From Octopus bimaculoides (Eukaryota), in NCBI RefSeq assembly GCF_001194135.2, contig NC_068997.1, positions 46,860,068-46,924,067 on the forward strand: a stretch of 64,000 bases of DNA. Direction: 5' to 3'. A program made the position numbers and the translations under genes. The notes beneath the pieces were generated by a model. The model was not told where the DNA came from and did no database searches. It saw only the letters and a program-made list of their open reading frames with translations. Shown piece after piece: positions 24,686 through 38,164 of the stretch (within the stretch, counting starts at the first letter, position 1; every line of letters begins with the position of its first letter).

Positions 24686-26779
24686 CTAAAACGACAAGAG
24701 AAAATGAAATACAATAACAGCTGACTTTAACTAAACTTCTGTCAAAATTTTATGATACCAATGGATCGCTGGAAAGAGAAAAGAGATTAAGGTAAGGAAT
24801 TCCCTGGCTATTTATTCTTACATTTAACTGTAGGTTAGAATAAATCATAGGATATATCTATATCTAATTTAACGTTGTGTACAAGGCTTGGTAATATAAT
24901 AAATCTGATTTGCAGAACCGATACTGCGCTGTGCTTCGTTATAGCAATCGGAAACGGTCACAAACGTAGCTTTATCCAGTGATAACGAGAGGGTAGTTTT
25001 ACTTATACTAGAATTTAAATTTAGAATTTTAGTTGATTTAAATTCTTATTGATATATAATATTTTTCTCCCGGTTTTCTGTAAAGAAATAAAGTAATTTT
25101 AATTGTCTAAAAAATTAACAGTACTAAAATTAATATTGCATTACATTCTTGAACCTATTTCTCTAGATACTTTTATGAGATCAGTCGTAAGTGTATCAAG
25201 TTCAAGTGCGCCCATACGCATGAAATTAAAAACCTGAGTTTTTAAACGTCTGCCGGCATATATCTAATAATTTGTTGTGTAAGGTTTTACCTCTAAACGG
25301 TTGTTTCTTTGATCTTTTAAATAGTGGATATTAACGCCAACGTTTTTGACATTATATTCATCTAACTATGCCGAAGATGCCATTTTATTCCTGTTTCTGT
25401 TGGCATAATTTCTCCTCAAATAATTTCTTATTCTTTTCTTTTACAGCTATTAAACTGTTGATGTAATTTTAACTTTATTTAGTGCTTTCTTGTTTTTCGT
25501 TTCTAATCGCCGTTTCCCAACTTTCATGTATATTCAAAGTACATATATACGTATATGTCTTCTGACTTTTCTATATTTTATAACAATTTTTATTCCGATT
25601 CCCTATTTCTCTCTCTTTATTTCTTTTCTTACCTACATTTCCCTTACTCTCTTCTTATTTTTCTGCCTATCTTCTTCGCTTGTACTCGTTTCCCTTTCTT
25701 TCTCCACTCTTTCTTCATTACCATATTCTCCTTACCTTAACCTTTTTATTGGCTATTATTTCTATATTTTAGCTTTGTAATCAGCCGTCGGTCATATGGT
25801 TAACCGATGAAATTGTTTCGTCCCAATTTCTGTGTTATATTTTATGCCATCAAGATTTCCCTTCATTTTCAAATACTTCCAATGTTAATCTTTTCAATAT
25901 TTTCTCAAGTTCTATTTGTCATAATCGCCTAAAACCTGGATGCAAGAAACTCGGTGTAACACACACACATGTCTGCTACATATGTGGAAATCTGTGGGTG
26001 TGTTTGTTTGTGGCGTGTTATCTAACTCCACTTACATCGTTTTATCGATTTTGATGAAACTTAACACGTGAGTAGAACTCATGTATGGAAAACTAGTAAC
26101 ATACTTAGATTCTTGAAAAAAATCGATAATAGGGTCCTGGAAGGGATTCTTATATCTACTACATATACCTAATATATTATTTTTAAACATCCAGGGGAAA
26201 AACCCCATTCGTTCTTGAAAGGGATCCTTAGATATAGCCAAGGGAAATAACCCCTTCATGTTCGTAAATTATTGCGTATAAATCAAATTGAGTATACTTA
26301 TTTCTTAGTATTTGAACTATTTGAGTTATTTTCACAATTATCCAGTACAACGCTTAAACAAGTAAATAGTATTTTCCTAAACAATAGATCCACTTATTTC
26401 GGTTAGTGACTTATTCACGAATATACCAACACTAGCGCCGCTGAGGGTAATATTCTCTGCGAACGCACAAAAGCTTTTTTAGAGTTATTTACTTTGACTT
26501 GTTATTATCTCATATCTGATTAGCCCGTTATTACGTAACATGCTTCACGATTTTAGCATACATACCTTATTAGTATTTCCTCCTAAGTTCTATATATACT
26601 CTGGGAACGTAGTAAAGCCCTTTTCGGGGCTACTTTATTTGAATTCTTACTATCGGGTATGTCCCTCGCTGTCGTGGGATAGCGGTGAGTGTTTATTGAG
26701 CGAAAACACCTAAATATCCACGCGGCTCCGGCGTAAAAGAATAAAAGAATAAAAGTATATATATGTATATATATATATA

Positions 26780-26835
<56 letters not shown>

Positions 26836-26978
26836 TGAGTTTGTGTGTGTATGCATATATTTATATTTATATACCTATGTATGTATCTCTGTGTTTGTCC
26901 CTCCACCACTGCTTGACAACCAATGTTGGTGTGTTATGTTCCTGCTACTTAACAGTTCGGCAAAAGACACCGATAGAT

Positions 26979-27011
<33 letters not shown>

Positions 27012-27025
27012 TATATATACACACA

Positions 27026-27067
<42 letters not shown>

Positions 27068-28169
27068 CACATACATAAATACATACATACATACACATAC
27101 GTACATACATACATACATACATACATACACGCCTTTGCTATCTGAGCATCAATTATACGAAGACGATCTGAAGCCCCTGTGAATATTTAATTAGCCTTAC
27201 TGTGTATACCCCGAACAGGAGAACAATATCAGCGCTACAATTCCTTTTGTTTACAATGATTAAAAGTTATTTCGAAACACTGAACATGTAAAAGCCTCAC
27301 ATCAAAGTGATGTTATCGAGGTGTTGAGATGATTGTGTCTTTTGTTTATAGTTATTAAAATTACCACCTGTTGATCGATTGATCGATCTACTGTTTTTCA
27401 TCGCAATGAGTCATATTAAACCGTGCTAAAATAATTTAACACATAAATATGACTGATATGGTGGAAGATTTCAAAGTATGGTAACGATTAGCGGTAACTT
27501 AATTTAGTCTGTAGCGTTGTTCATTGTACGTATATTTTACAAGCAGCGCTGTTTGTTGATGGCTACTGTGGCTATAGAAAGGAAAGTGTTCATATTTGAT
27601 AATCGAACAGAAAAGACGAAATTTCGATGCATATGCGTCACGATAAAAAGGTTTAAAAAATGAGAAGAATAGTACAACGTCGTTATAGTTTGTAAAAGAA
27701 TTCAGACGATTGCGAGGTACCTTGGACATGTGACTTCTGTTATAGCCCTGGGCTGACCAATACCAAGTAAGTGAATTTGGTAGATGGAAACTGTGCAAGT
27801 CCGCCGTGTGTGTGTGTGTATGTGTGTGCAAAAGCCCCTTAGGACAAAAGCTCCACGGACGAAATACCCTCGGACAAAAGCTCCATAGTTAAAGAGTGAA
27901 AGTGGATAAAAGCCCCCACGGTTATATTTTTCGGTTATATTTTGTTTTTTCCACCTTTTACTTGTTGCAGTTATTAGACTGCGGCCATGCTGGGGCACCA
28001 CCATGAAAAAGTTTTAGTCGCAGAAAAATCAGCATTTTAAAATTTGAATTTAAAGTTTTCTGTTTTCTTCTCTCAGCACTTACAGATTAATGAGAACGAG
28101 CTGGCCTTTTGAACTTTCTCCGGCCGAAGCTAGTCATTCAAACATACCTCTTACCGTTTTTATGTTTCT

Positions 28170-28384
28170 ACACATTTCTTGAAGTAAATGCTTTCCAATG
28201 GAAAGGCAAAGACCGATACAGCTTGGCACCAGTGATGTCACAACTCATTTCTACAGCCGAGTGAACTGGAGCAACGTGAAATAAAGTATCTTGCTCAAGA
28301 ACACAACACACAGCCTGGTCTGTGAATCAAACTCATTGCTTCATGATTATGAACCGGACGCTCTAATCACCGAGCCATGCGCTC
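28170..28384 (-). mobile_element. SINE family C
   Basis: Reverse of GCGCATGGCTCGGTGATTAG...GAGTTTGATTC...TTGTGTTCTTGAGCAAGATACTTTATTTCACGTTGCTCC. A similar copy lies at 29085-29275. Confidence 0.8.
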
Positions 28385-29426
28385 TCAGTACCAGACCTAA
28401 AAATAAGCAGTGGGAGCAATTTGTTAGAGACTAAAACCCGTCTGGGTGGTGCTCCAGCATGATCACAGTCCAATGATTGAAACAAGTAAAAGATAAAAGT
28501 GAACAGGTTACTATTGAAAGCTTTCATTTCCTTAATACATTGTGCAAACGTTATTGTGAATGACATAAACGATCCCTGTATAATAAAGTTTATACAAACA
28601 TATCAAAATTATGTAACGATTGTAGCTGTTTTGAAAGTCAAATTAATGTTTTAAAAGGCTTTCATCTAAGTGGAATCACTTTAATTCATCCTTACTTCCG
28701 CGGATTCTTTTTAAATGGCTTTTTAATCCTTCATCAGATTGTCACAACATTGGCAGTACAGGAAGTTCTGAGAAAGATTAATTATACGATGTTGATAATT
28801 AAGTGCCAACACATTCATTTGTGATGAATTTGTCATCTGGAGTAAATGATTACTAAACAACTGGTTTCAGTGTTAGTCCATTCTGACCCTTCTTTTTATT
28901 GTTATTATGCATTCGAAACATTATAAACACCTAAATTTGTTGAACAACACGACTCTGATGATTTTTGCGTTTGATCATCATGGATACATCTCAACCCTTG
29001 ACAGTTTTAACAAATATTTTTAACAGTTACAAAAAAGAAAACAACGGATAACGATCCTTCCTGAGTCATATAGAATCAAAATGTCGATTTTCCGGTTTCT
29101 ATGGTGTCTATGTTCCCCACCTGGACAGGACGCTGGTCCGTCACAGGATTTATCACAACCTGGAACCACGCGAAATGAAGTGTTTTGCTCAAGAACACAA
29201 CGCATCGTCCGGTTCAGGAATCGAAACCACAATCTTACGATCGTGAGTCCAACATCCTACCCACTAAGCCTCCACTTTGACAGTAAAAGGCCATGTACAA
29301 TACGTTGTTAAGTCTCGTACAATGCGTGTATAAGAGAGTGTCTTGTATGGTGCGCTGGTGTGTATATAATACAATAAATAAACAAAAAAAGTAACTTTTG
29401 AGCCATAAGCTCTTAAGGCCGGTCTC

Positions 29427-29677
29427 CGGATTCTGTTGGGTAATAAAGTCACAGAAAAGATGGTCACAGTAATAAAGTCACAATTTGGGCTAGTAAAAAA
29501 AGTCACAATTTGGGCTAGTAAAAAAAGTCACAGGAGAAAAATACAATTTATTTATGGTGGCCGGTAATAAAGTCATAGGAAAAAAAATTACAATGAATTT
29601 ATGGGATCTCGACAAAACTCCCTCGGACAAAAACCCCTCGGACAAAACCCCTGTGACTTTTTTTTTACCTGGATTCG
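29427..29677. mobile_element. non-autonomous DNA transposon with modular subterminal repeats (foldback-like; superfamily not determined)
   Basis: Ends GGATTC..GGTAATAAAGTCACAG and CTGTGACTTTTTTTTTACCTGGATTC are inverted. The interior has repeated AAAGTCACA motifs and three GGACAAAA(A)CCCC motifs. Confidence 0.7.
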
Positions 29678-30279
29678 TAGTGAGATGTTAGTTTACTTAC
29701 TGAAAGGTGACCTTTCACTCTGTCGATAAACTGGGTCACATTTTATTTTATAACTACTTACATAGACCTACGTGTTGCAAATTTTTCTGGGTGCCTCTCT
29801 ATTTGCCATTTTCAAATCAACCAGAAGCAAGTCAATTCTATGAACGTTTCCTTAGTGAAGTATAGTAAACAAGCTTGATCGAGATATATCATGGAACTGT
29901 ACTTTCATGATATTCTATACGTTCATGATAACATTATACCACCTTTGAAATCACGAACAAAAACACTCTGTTGTACGAGTCTGATATTTAGAGACCTTTA
30001 CCTGTTCAACTGTTTGCCTAAAGAAATCAGAAATATTAAAGGAATCTCTACTGAAACATTAAAATAGGCATTGGATAAATAAGTTAAGTTGGTACTCCAG
30101 CATGGCCGCAGTCCTACAACTGAAACTATTATAAGAATAAAAGAATATCATTGATGTTATATGATGTGCCCCGAAATTGGTTGAGGATGTTCTTTTTAGT
30201 GAGGGTGCATGACCTAATGATTATAGAGCTGGGCAGAGGGCGAGAGAGAGAGAGGCAGAGAGGCAGATAGAGAGATAGA

Positions 30280-30362
<83 letters not shown>

Positions 30363-30817
30363 CTTTGGATATTGCTGGCACTGTTCTTTTGTTCTATAAG
30401 CAAAGGAGGCTTGAGTAATCTCTTTCTTATCTAGCATCTTACAAAACCATCCACAGAAACGAGGAAACTTAGAGGAATGGGGGTCATGGATGGACGGATT
30501 TTCAGTACGAGATGGAGAGATTAGATGAGCAAAAAAGAAAAAAAATGAAAAAGCTATTTTCTTTATTGAATATTTTTCGTTCTTTTAGCAATTTTGACGT
30601 ATCGATTGTTAATGTTCGATAGTCACATCGTCCGTCTTTGGTGATTGATATAATTTTAAGAATCGTATTTTATTATGAAATTTAATCCTTTTTCAAATAT
30701 GGATAGTGAGTACCTTCAGTATTTTTTTTCTAAGCTGAAGCAAAGTCGAATGTAATTAAAAATGGTAAAGCCAAATGGCAGAACAGAATCAAGTACAACT
30801 TGCGTAAACGAAGTAAA

Positions 30818-31024
30818 ATATTGATTTCAAATTATGGTACACGACCAACAAATTTGGGGAGGGGATAAGTTGATTACATCGACCTCAGTTCTCAACTGGC
30901 ACTTATTTTATCGACCCCGAAAGGAATTTGAAAGTCGACCCGGGCGGAATTTGAACTCAGAACGTAAAGACAGACGCAAAGAATTTTGCCCGGCGTGCTA
31001 ACAATTCTGCCAGCTCGCCGCCTT
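30818..31024 (-). mobile_element. SINE family A
   Basis: Reverse of AAGGCGGCGAGCTGGCAGAATTGTTAGCACGCCGGGC...GAGTTCAAATTCCGCC...TTTCGGGGTCGATAAAATAAGTGCCAG. Confidence 0.9.
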
Positions 31025-31886
31025 TAACGTAGTATAAAATATTCGTTCGCTTTTTTTCATCATTTTAATTCTTTCCTATGTTATTTGACGTAACAAGAAA
31101 AAATATTCTCATCGTAGTGTTTTATGGTATTTTGTAGCTCTTTTCTTCCTCTCCAGCATTTGTTCATCGCTTTTGAAATTTGAATAAATTTTACCTCTTT
31201 TCAGACGTATAACGAAGGAATGCCAAGTAGAAAAGAAAAGAAAAAGCGAACGCATTTAAATGAATACCAAATGGTTGAAATATTTTTTTCAAGCCATATG
31301 GAACAGAAAGAAAGAGAGCGTGTACAGCGGGCAGTTTGTCTTCATTCCTGGGATCAATAGAACTTTGCGCCATTTCTACATTACCTGGCTATTTTCCCAT
31401 CTGCATTCCAACTTATTTTTGCGCTTCTCTTCCTCCACAGCTTTTGGATTTTTTCTCATACAATTCACCTTCCAGACAAATCCTCACTTTATTTTTTTCA
31501 CTAATCGATGACTGTCATTTGCGAGCATCCGCTAGTTTTGCCAATCCTTTGACTAATAAAAAGGCTACATTTTCATCGATCAATGAAGCGTTCGTTATCA
31601 AAGGAGGGTTCGGGCCGATGTTTTAGCCAGTTGGCCAAGCAAGAAGACAGTTCTTTCGCACAGTTATTCTCTCACACTCATTCTTTTGGTTCGTTTTTGA
31701 CACTTTCTCGTCACTCACATACTTTATTCTCTCACTACTCAGATTAAGAGAGTTGTAGTCTTGTGCAGCTACTTCACAACATTCGATTTTGTGTCTCTCC
31801 TCTATACGCTCTGATAAAAATCTCCTCCATAAGCAAACATACGATGGAAAGAACGTGCTGTGATAAACCTTTCTTTCAAACACACG

Positions 31887-31954
<68 letters not shown>

Positions 31955-33177
31955 CAGAGTACACACAGTTCGCACATTTTTGTGTCAACACCCGTAGTAT
32001 GTTAACAACGTTGACACTCATACACATACGAACATACTTTTCTCTATTAGCATACACGTTGTAACACCTTTGCAACTCATACCTCTTTTTATATTAACAC
32101 ACACACAGCACAATTACATCGTCACACACACACTCACATACACATGCGCCAGACACATTTTGGCACTAACATATTCATTGTAACAACATTGCAGCAGACA
32201 CCTATTTTTATATCAGCATACACAGTATGACGACGTTGTCACACATATCTCGCACTCACAAAGACACGCACATATATCAATTCACACACACACAGAGAAA
32301 TATTCCTTCACATACACAAATACATGCACACGTACATATTCTAGCGGTAACATATACACGTTATCAAGTTTACATTGTCGTATATATAAAATGAACCATT
32401 CCACGTCACTATTCAGCAGTACTACATTTTGTTGTAAATAAGAACCTCTTTTCATAATATTATTGCAAAAAACAAAAAGAAAAAAAAAAGGAAAAAATGA
32501 AAAACGAACGGTTGAACATGAATTGGTGTAATTCTTTCATTCTTTCATTCAAAGTTATTTGTGCAGCATTGGTCGGACTATGTTTTACTGAACAGCTTAG
32601 CCAGACATTCTGTTATATAGTACACCTTGCATAATTTTACTTGTATTCTGTATCGGTCGTCTGTCTCAATGAATTAATATCATTTGAAATATTAACTTGA
32701 CCATCTTGATAAATATATATTAGAATCTTCTACTTGATCCTAAATGACCAGACATATCACTGAATATGTTTTCTTTTGTGTTTTCTTGGTGTTTCGAAAG
32801 CAGTCTACATATTTCTTCCAATTACACACAATTCAGGAAGTATTAGATTAAAATAGCCATCTATGTATCATACTAAATGCGAATACACAGTCGATAGGCC
32901 AGTTAACGGAATAATTGTCCTGAGATAACATCTCTTATGGAGATTTATGGTGTTAAAAACACAGTAACTATAAGAGGAAAGCGAAAATTCGTCCCAGTAG
33001 CGACCGGTAGGGGTGCCCGATGCATTTCAACATTTTATTCACCTTTTCAATGGTGCGTAATCGCAGCCGGTCACATACTCGGACGAGAATTCGTCACCAC
33101 TATCATCTTTTATCTTTTATCTTTCACTTGTTTCAGTAATTATACTACGCCCATGTTGAAGAAAAGCAACAAAAATG

Positions 33178-34353
33178 TATTAGGTTATAGCAGTACGTAT
33201 GTTTCGTACTAACTTCATTTATTTATGTAGTGAGAACACCACATAAGATGTGCAATGAAAATGTACTCCGCAGCTGCATAATGGAAGTTCATTTCAGAAA
33301 GTCAAAAAAGGACGTAAAGCAGCTGAAACTACTCGCGGCATCAACAAAACGTTTGGTGAAGAAATGACCAATGAGTGGTCAGCTCGAAAATGATTTAAAC
33401 GATTTCGCAGTGGAGACCCGAGTCTTGAAGATCGTGAGTGTTTTGCCGATCTGTCATGGATAACGGTCAATTAAAGACGGTCATTGAGAAAGATCCACGT
33501 AAAACCACCCGAGAACTAAAAAAAGAACTTCAGGTTAGCCAGAAAATTGCCTGCAACCATTTGCATGTGATCGGAAAATCAAAAAAGCTCGACAAATAGG
33601 TACCACACGATTTAAATGAAAATCAGAAAATGCGCAGATATGAAATTTGCTCGTCGCTTCTTTTCTGTAACCAGACCAATCAATTTCTCGACCGTATTGT
33701 TACATGCGATGAAAAGTAGATTCTGTACAATTATAAAAAAACTTTCTTCGCAGTGGCTGGACCAAAATGAAGCACCGAAAACCTTCCCTAAACCCAAAGT
33801 CTTTAAAAAGGAGGTTATAGTGACTGGTGGTGTACTGCTGGACTCATCCACTATAACTTCTTAAAACTCAGAAAAACCATTACTGCAGAAACATATTGCC
33901 ATGAAATTGCCAAACTGAACGAAAAACTGCTACTCCTCCGTCCCAGACTGGTCAACAGAAGAGGGCCAATCATTCTTTATGACAATGCTCGACCACACGT
34001 TTCTCTAATGACGCTCCAAAAGTTTAGGGAACTTGGCTACGAAGTTCTTCCCCAACCAGCTTATTCCCCAGACCTTTCTCCTACTGACTACCACTTTTTC
34101 AAATACTTTGATGGTTTCCTATGAGAGAAGGAGTTCAAAAACCAAACCGATGCTGAAAGTGCGTTCAAAGAGTTCATCGACTCCAGAACTCCAGATTTTT
34201 ATGTTTCCGGAATAAACAAATTTGTAACTCGTTAACAAAAATGTGTTGATCGTAATGGTACTTAGTTTGATGAATAAAATTTCCGCATTGTTGAAATATA
34301 TTGTGATGAATTTCATGTTTCAAAACGTTGCTTACTTTTTACTCAGCCTGATA
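33178..34353 (+). mobile_element. near-full-length degenerate mariner transposon (DD34D, Hsmar1/cecropia-like)
   Basis: VPHDLNENQK..RYEICSSLL, FLDRIVTCDEK, LYDNARPH-x-AYSPDLSPTDYHFF (34 residues between the two Asp), GINKFVTR*QKCVDRNG. The right TIR (rc TATCAGGCTGAGTAAAAAGTAAGCAACGTTTT) resembles Hsmar1. Multiple stops and frameshifts. Confidence 0.95.
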
Positions 34354-35037
34354 TAAGCCTTAGCCCTCTTTGATAATTTCCATTAAAATATAATATAGAA
34401 GGTACTGATCTACGCAAAAGAAGCAGGCACATACAGAATATGTTACTATAAAAGGTACGGTTAATACAAAACGCTTCGCAAAATTAGATTCTGCTTGACT
34501 CGAATAACGTATTTTAGGCACTGCTCTATGTTGATTAATGACCAGATCATCAACAAGTGAAATTTCTAATCAGAAACATCAATGTCTAGGAAATGTAAAG
34601 TAGATGAGACCTTGTGTGCATGTTTTTGTGTTTACCTTTGTCTTCAACACCGCTTGACAACCGGTGATGCTTTCGACAAAAGATATCGATAAAATAAGTG
34701 TCAAGTTTAAAAATAAGTACGAACTTGTTCCGCTAAACCCTTCAAGGTCGTGCCCCAGTATGGCCGTAAAACACTAACTGAAACAAGTGAAAGAAAATAA
34801 AAGCTGAAACACGGTGAAGGTGCGCTTGTGAAACGACGTTCGATGAAATGGAGAACTGAGTCACAAAAAAAGTTACGATTTACTGCTTTAAGCAGAGAAA
34901 TGAAATTTGCTGTCAATTGTCTCATTCTGATACATTCACTTATTGACAACTTGCTATGTTACTATGCACTGCTTAACTTAAATATTTATTCACGGAATGT
35001 GTCTGTCATAATCAAAATTTATTCAGACATAACTTAC

Positions 35038-35204
35038 CAGAATTTGTTTGACTATTCAGTGTATCGAGAGGTAGATTACAGTGAATTAAATTGTTGCTGT
35101 CATTTACTGAGAAACGATACCGTTTTTGTGACTGATATGCAATTAGATGCTTCATACTGACTTACTTAACTGGAGAGCGGTATGTCTCTATGGAAACTGA
35201 TCTG
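35038..35204 (-). CDS. two candidate small exons (35166-35204 and 35038-35096) separated by a 69-nt candidate intron
   Basis: Both end in perfect GTAAGT donors. The first has acceptor ctctattcattacttgtag. Peptides are RSVSIETYRSPV(N) and NNLIHCNLPLDTLNSQTNS. Phase-compatible with 47437-47503 and 24588-24685. Confidence 0.25.
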
Positions 35205-35277
35205 CTACAAGTAATGAATAGAGGGATGTCATTACGTTAATATGTGCGTATGTATATGTATGTTTGTACGTATATAA

Positions 35278-35336
<59 letters not shown>

Positions 35337-35386
35337 AATAGAAACAGGTTTCAAAGAAAAAAAGACTACATGTGCTAAAATAGGGG

Positions 35387-35810
35387 AAAAGTAAAAAAAA
35401 TAAAGAAAATGCACATTAGGTATAAAAGTAATGGGTTTTTTTAAAAAAAAAAACAAAGATACATACATACAAATAAATGATTTGAGGTGGAATTAAGAAG
35501 TATAAAAATCATCATTATTAGTCAGTATAGAAAGTCAAAGTCATATCGGTTTCGTCAGAGCTGATCACTGACTTTAAATCAACATCGATTTCCAAACGGT
35601 ATTGGGTCTGAGTGAAAAACTGCATACAAGGAATGTAAGCAGTTCTGACGAAACCAGTATGGTTATTACTTTTTATAATGACTACTAATGAATTTTATAC
35701 TTAATTCCACCTCAAATCATTTATTTGCATGTAAATATCTTTGCTTTTGTAAGAAAAAAAGCTATTACTTTTATACCTAATGTGCGTTTTCTTTGTTTCA
35801 TTTTACTTTT
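35387..35810 (+). mobile_element. probable Penelope-like relic: inverted arm + 76-bp spacer + arm
   Basis: Inverted arms of about 175 bp (35387-35563 and 35640-35810), each beginning with CAG(T/C)TCTGACGAAACC. The spacer translates KSTSISKRYW/LSEK, reminiscent of the PLE GIY-YIG segment STELSKYIWxLK. The inverted repeat is certain, the PLE identity is inferred. Confidence 0.65.
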
Positions 35811-35838
35811 ACACACTCTCTCTTTCTCTCTCTCTCTC

Positions 35839-35876
<38 letters not shown>

Positions 35877-35880
<4 letters not shown>

Positions 35881-36713
35881 GTCTGATTAACAAGTATCCG
35901 AACTGTTGCCATAGTAACGAAGCTAAAGCACACAGAGTAAAGCCGCTTGGCACAGGTTGACCTTGGACTCTACTGCACATGCGCACTAAGTTTCAACGTT
36001 CTAGTTCACTTCCACTGTTTACAGCAGTCCTTGGAAGGAACATGTGCAGTGTGTGATCGTCGCATTGACGACGACAGAGAAAGTTGTCAACGCGGTACCT
36101 GCTCAGAGGCCTACGCAAAGTTGCATAAAGTGTATGGAGAGGAGTGTATGAGCCGCACACAAATATACGAGTGGTTCAGACGTTTCCAAGATGGCTGAAG
36201 AAATGTCGATAATGACGAACGTTCTGAGAGACCCGCAATCAGCAAAACTGTGACAAAACGTTGCAGATGTGCGTGCAACTGCGAGGGGATGTCATCGAAT
36301 CACCATCCGTGAGGTGTCAGAGGATGTGCAGATTAGTTACGATTCTGTTCAGTCCATTATCACTGAAGATTTGGGTTTGAGATGCATGTCTCCCAAGTTT
36401 GCGCCCAAGACTGCTTTCAGTATACCAAAAAGACACTCGGACTTCAGTTGCACAAAATCTCCTTAATTGTGTCGAGAACAATGACATCTTTTTGAAAACT
36501 TTGCGTAGGCCTGTGTCATGGTCAATGCGACGATCACACACTACACACCTTCCTTGCAAGTATTACTGTAAACGGCGAAATTGAGCTAGAACGTGAAAAC
36601 TCAGTGCCCATGCACAACAGAGTTCAAGTTCAATCTGTGCCAAGCGGCTTTATTCTGCGGGCTTTAACTTCGTTACTATGTCAACAGTCCGGATACTTAT
36701 TGATCAGACCACG
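35877..36713 (+). mobile_element. mariner derivative with long (about 200-bp) TIRs enclosing only the transposase HTH region
   Basis: 35877-36075 is mirrored at 36500-36713. The interior reads TCSEAYAKLHKVYGEECMSRTQIYEWFRRFQDG..NDERS.RP...RITIREVSEDVQISYDSVQSIITEDLG...KFAPK. Confidence 0.9.
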
Positions 36714-37241
36714 CATATATGTGTGTGTGTGTGTGCTAATACATATTGACGTATATAAATCTGTTACATAAACATAATACACATCATTTTAAACACATTC
36801 AAACAATCGTACACATGCATATAACCACACGCATTCATACGACACTCATTTAACGAACGACACATACAAATACGTACACAAACACCTATCTCTAGACATT
36901 TAGCTTCAAACCATATACAATGGACATTATAAGCTCAATAGAAGAACTATAGTCTGCCTGTCATTCATTATGTTTATTATTGATCATATATAAATAATAA
37001 AACATTGAATAAGCGAAAGATATGAACGAGATATGTCTACGTGTGTCTAGGTGAAGTGTCGTTAGTAAAACTTAGTTAACTTAGCAAAACTAGTCGATCT
37101 TCAGTGAATGGCCCGCTAATCCGATTTTGACTACTTTATGAAGATGACGATATCTGTCTACCATCATAATGTTAACAAGTTTATACGGTTATGGCCAAGT
37201 GGCAGACGATCAGATGCCACCTCGCTACGTAATATAATATC

Positions 37242-37373
<132 letters not shown>

Positions 37374-37619
37374 TATGATTTACGATGTATTTATATATAT
37401 ATAGATAGATAATGTGAATTTGGAGAGATGTATTATTCGGACGTCCATGTATTCTATATCGTTATAATTATTGCTTTTATATATATATTTATATATGATA
37501 TGATATACGATATTACGATAAATATATAGTATATGTATTTGAATACATATATAAATATGATATATGAAGTATGTGTGTGTGTGTGTGTGTGTGGGGTATA
37601 TGTTTAATTTTCATTTTTG

Positions 37620-37995
37620 TATTTATTTCAGTCATTCGACTGCGGCCATGATGGGGCAACGCGCTGAAAGCTTCTGGTCGAAAATATCGAACCCAGTGCT
37701 TATTGCCTTGCATGTCTGGTACTTATACTGTCGGTCGCTTTTGACGAACCGCTAAGTTACAGGGATGTAAACAAACCGTTTATCAAATGGTGGTAGGGGC
37801 AAACAGAGGCACAAAGACTTCCCCCCCCCCCGCCGACACACGCATACACACAGGACGGCGGGGAGGTTTCCACGCAGTTTTCGTCTGGAAAATTCATTCC
37901 CAAGTTATTAGTTGTCCTGGAGCTATAGTAAAAGACATTTGCCGGAGATGCTGCGCCATGGGTCCATACATTAAATCGATTGTTTGCAAAGCGAG
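37620..37995 (-). mobile_element. SINE family B, near complete
   Basis: Tail CAGTCATTCGACTGCGGCCATG, internal repeat tract, head region to about 37995. Confidence 0.75.
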
Positions 37996-38044
37996 CACAC
38001 ATACACACATGCACGCGCGCACGCGCACACAGACAGACAGACAG

Positions 38045-38076
<32 letters not shown>

Positions 38077-38164
38077 AATGTATCCATGTACGCATGTATG
38101 TGTATATATCTATGTATTTACATTTGTATATATTTACATTTGTATGTATTTACATTTCTATGTA

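Noticed and set aside
25990-26400. Possible Helitron/DINE-1-like non-autonomous element (ATCGATTTTGATGAAACTT motif after a GTTT repeat)
   Set aside because: Only a vague motif resemblance. I could not define termini, a hairpin or a second copy.
31191-31626. Cluster of 60-96 aa ORFs on both strands with possible donors
   Set aside because: No recognisable domain, inconsistent frames, and no supportable exon boundaries.
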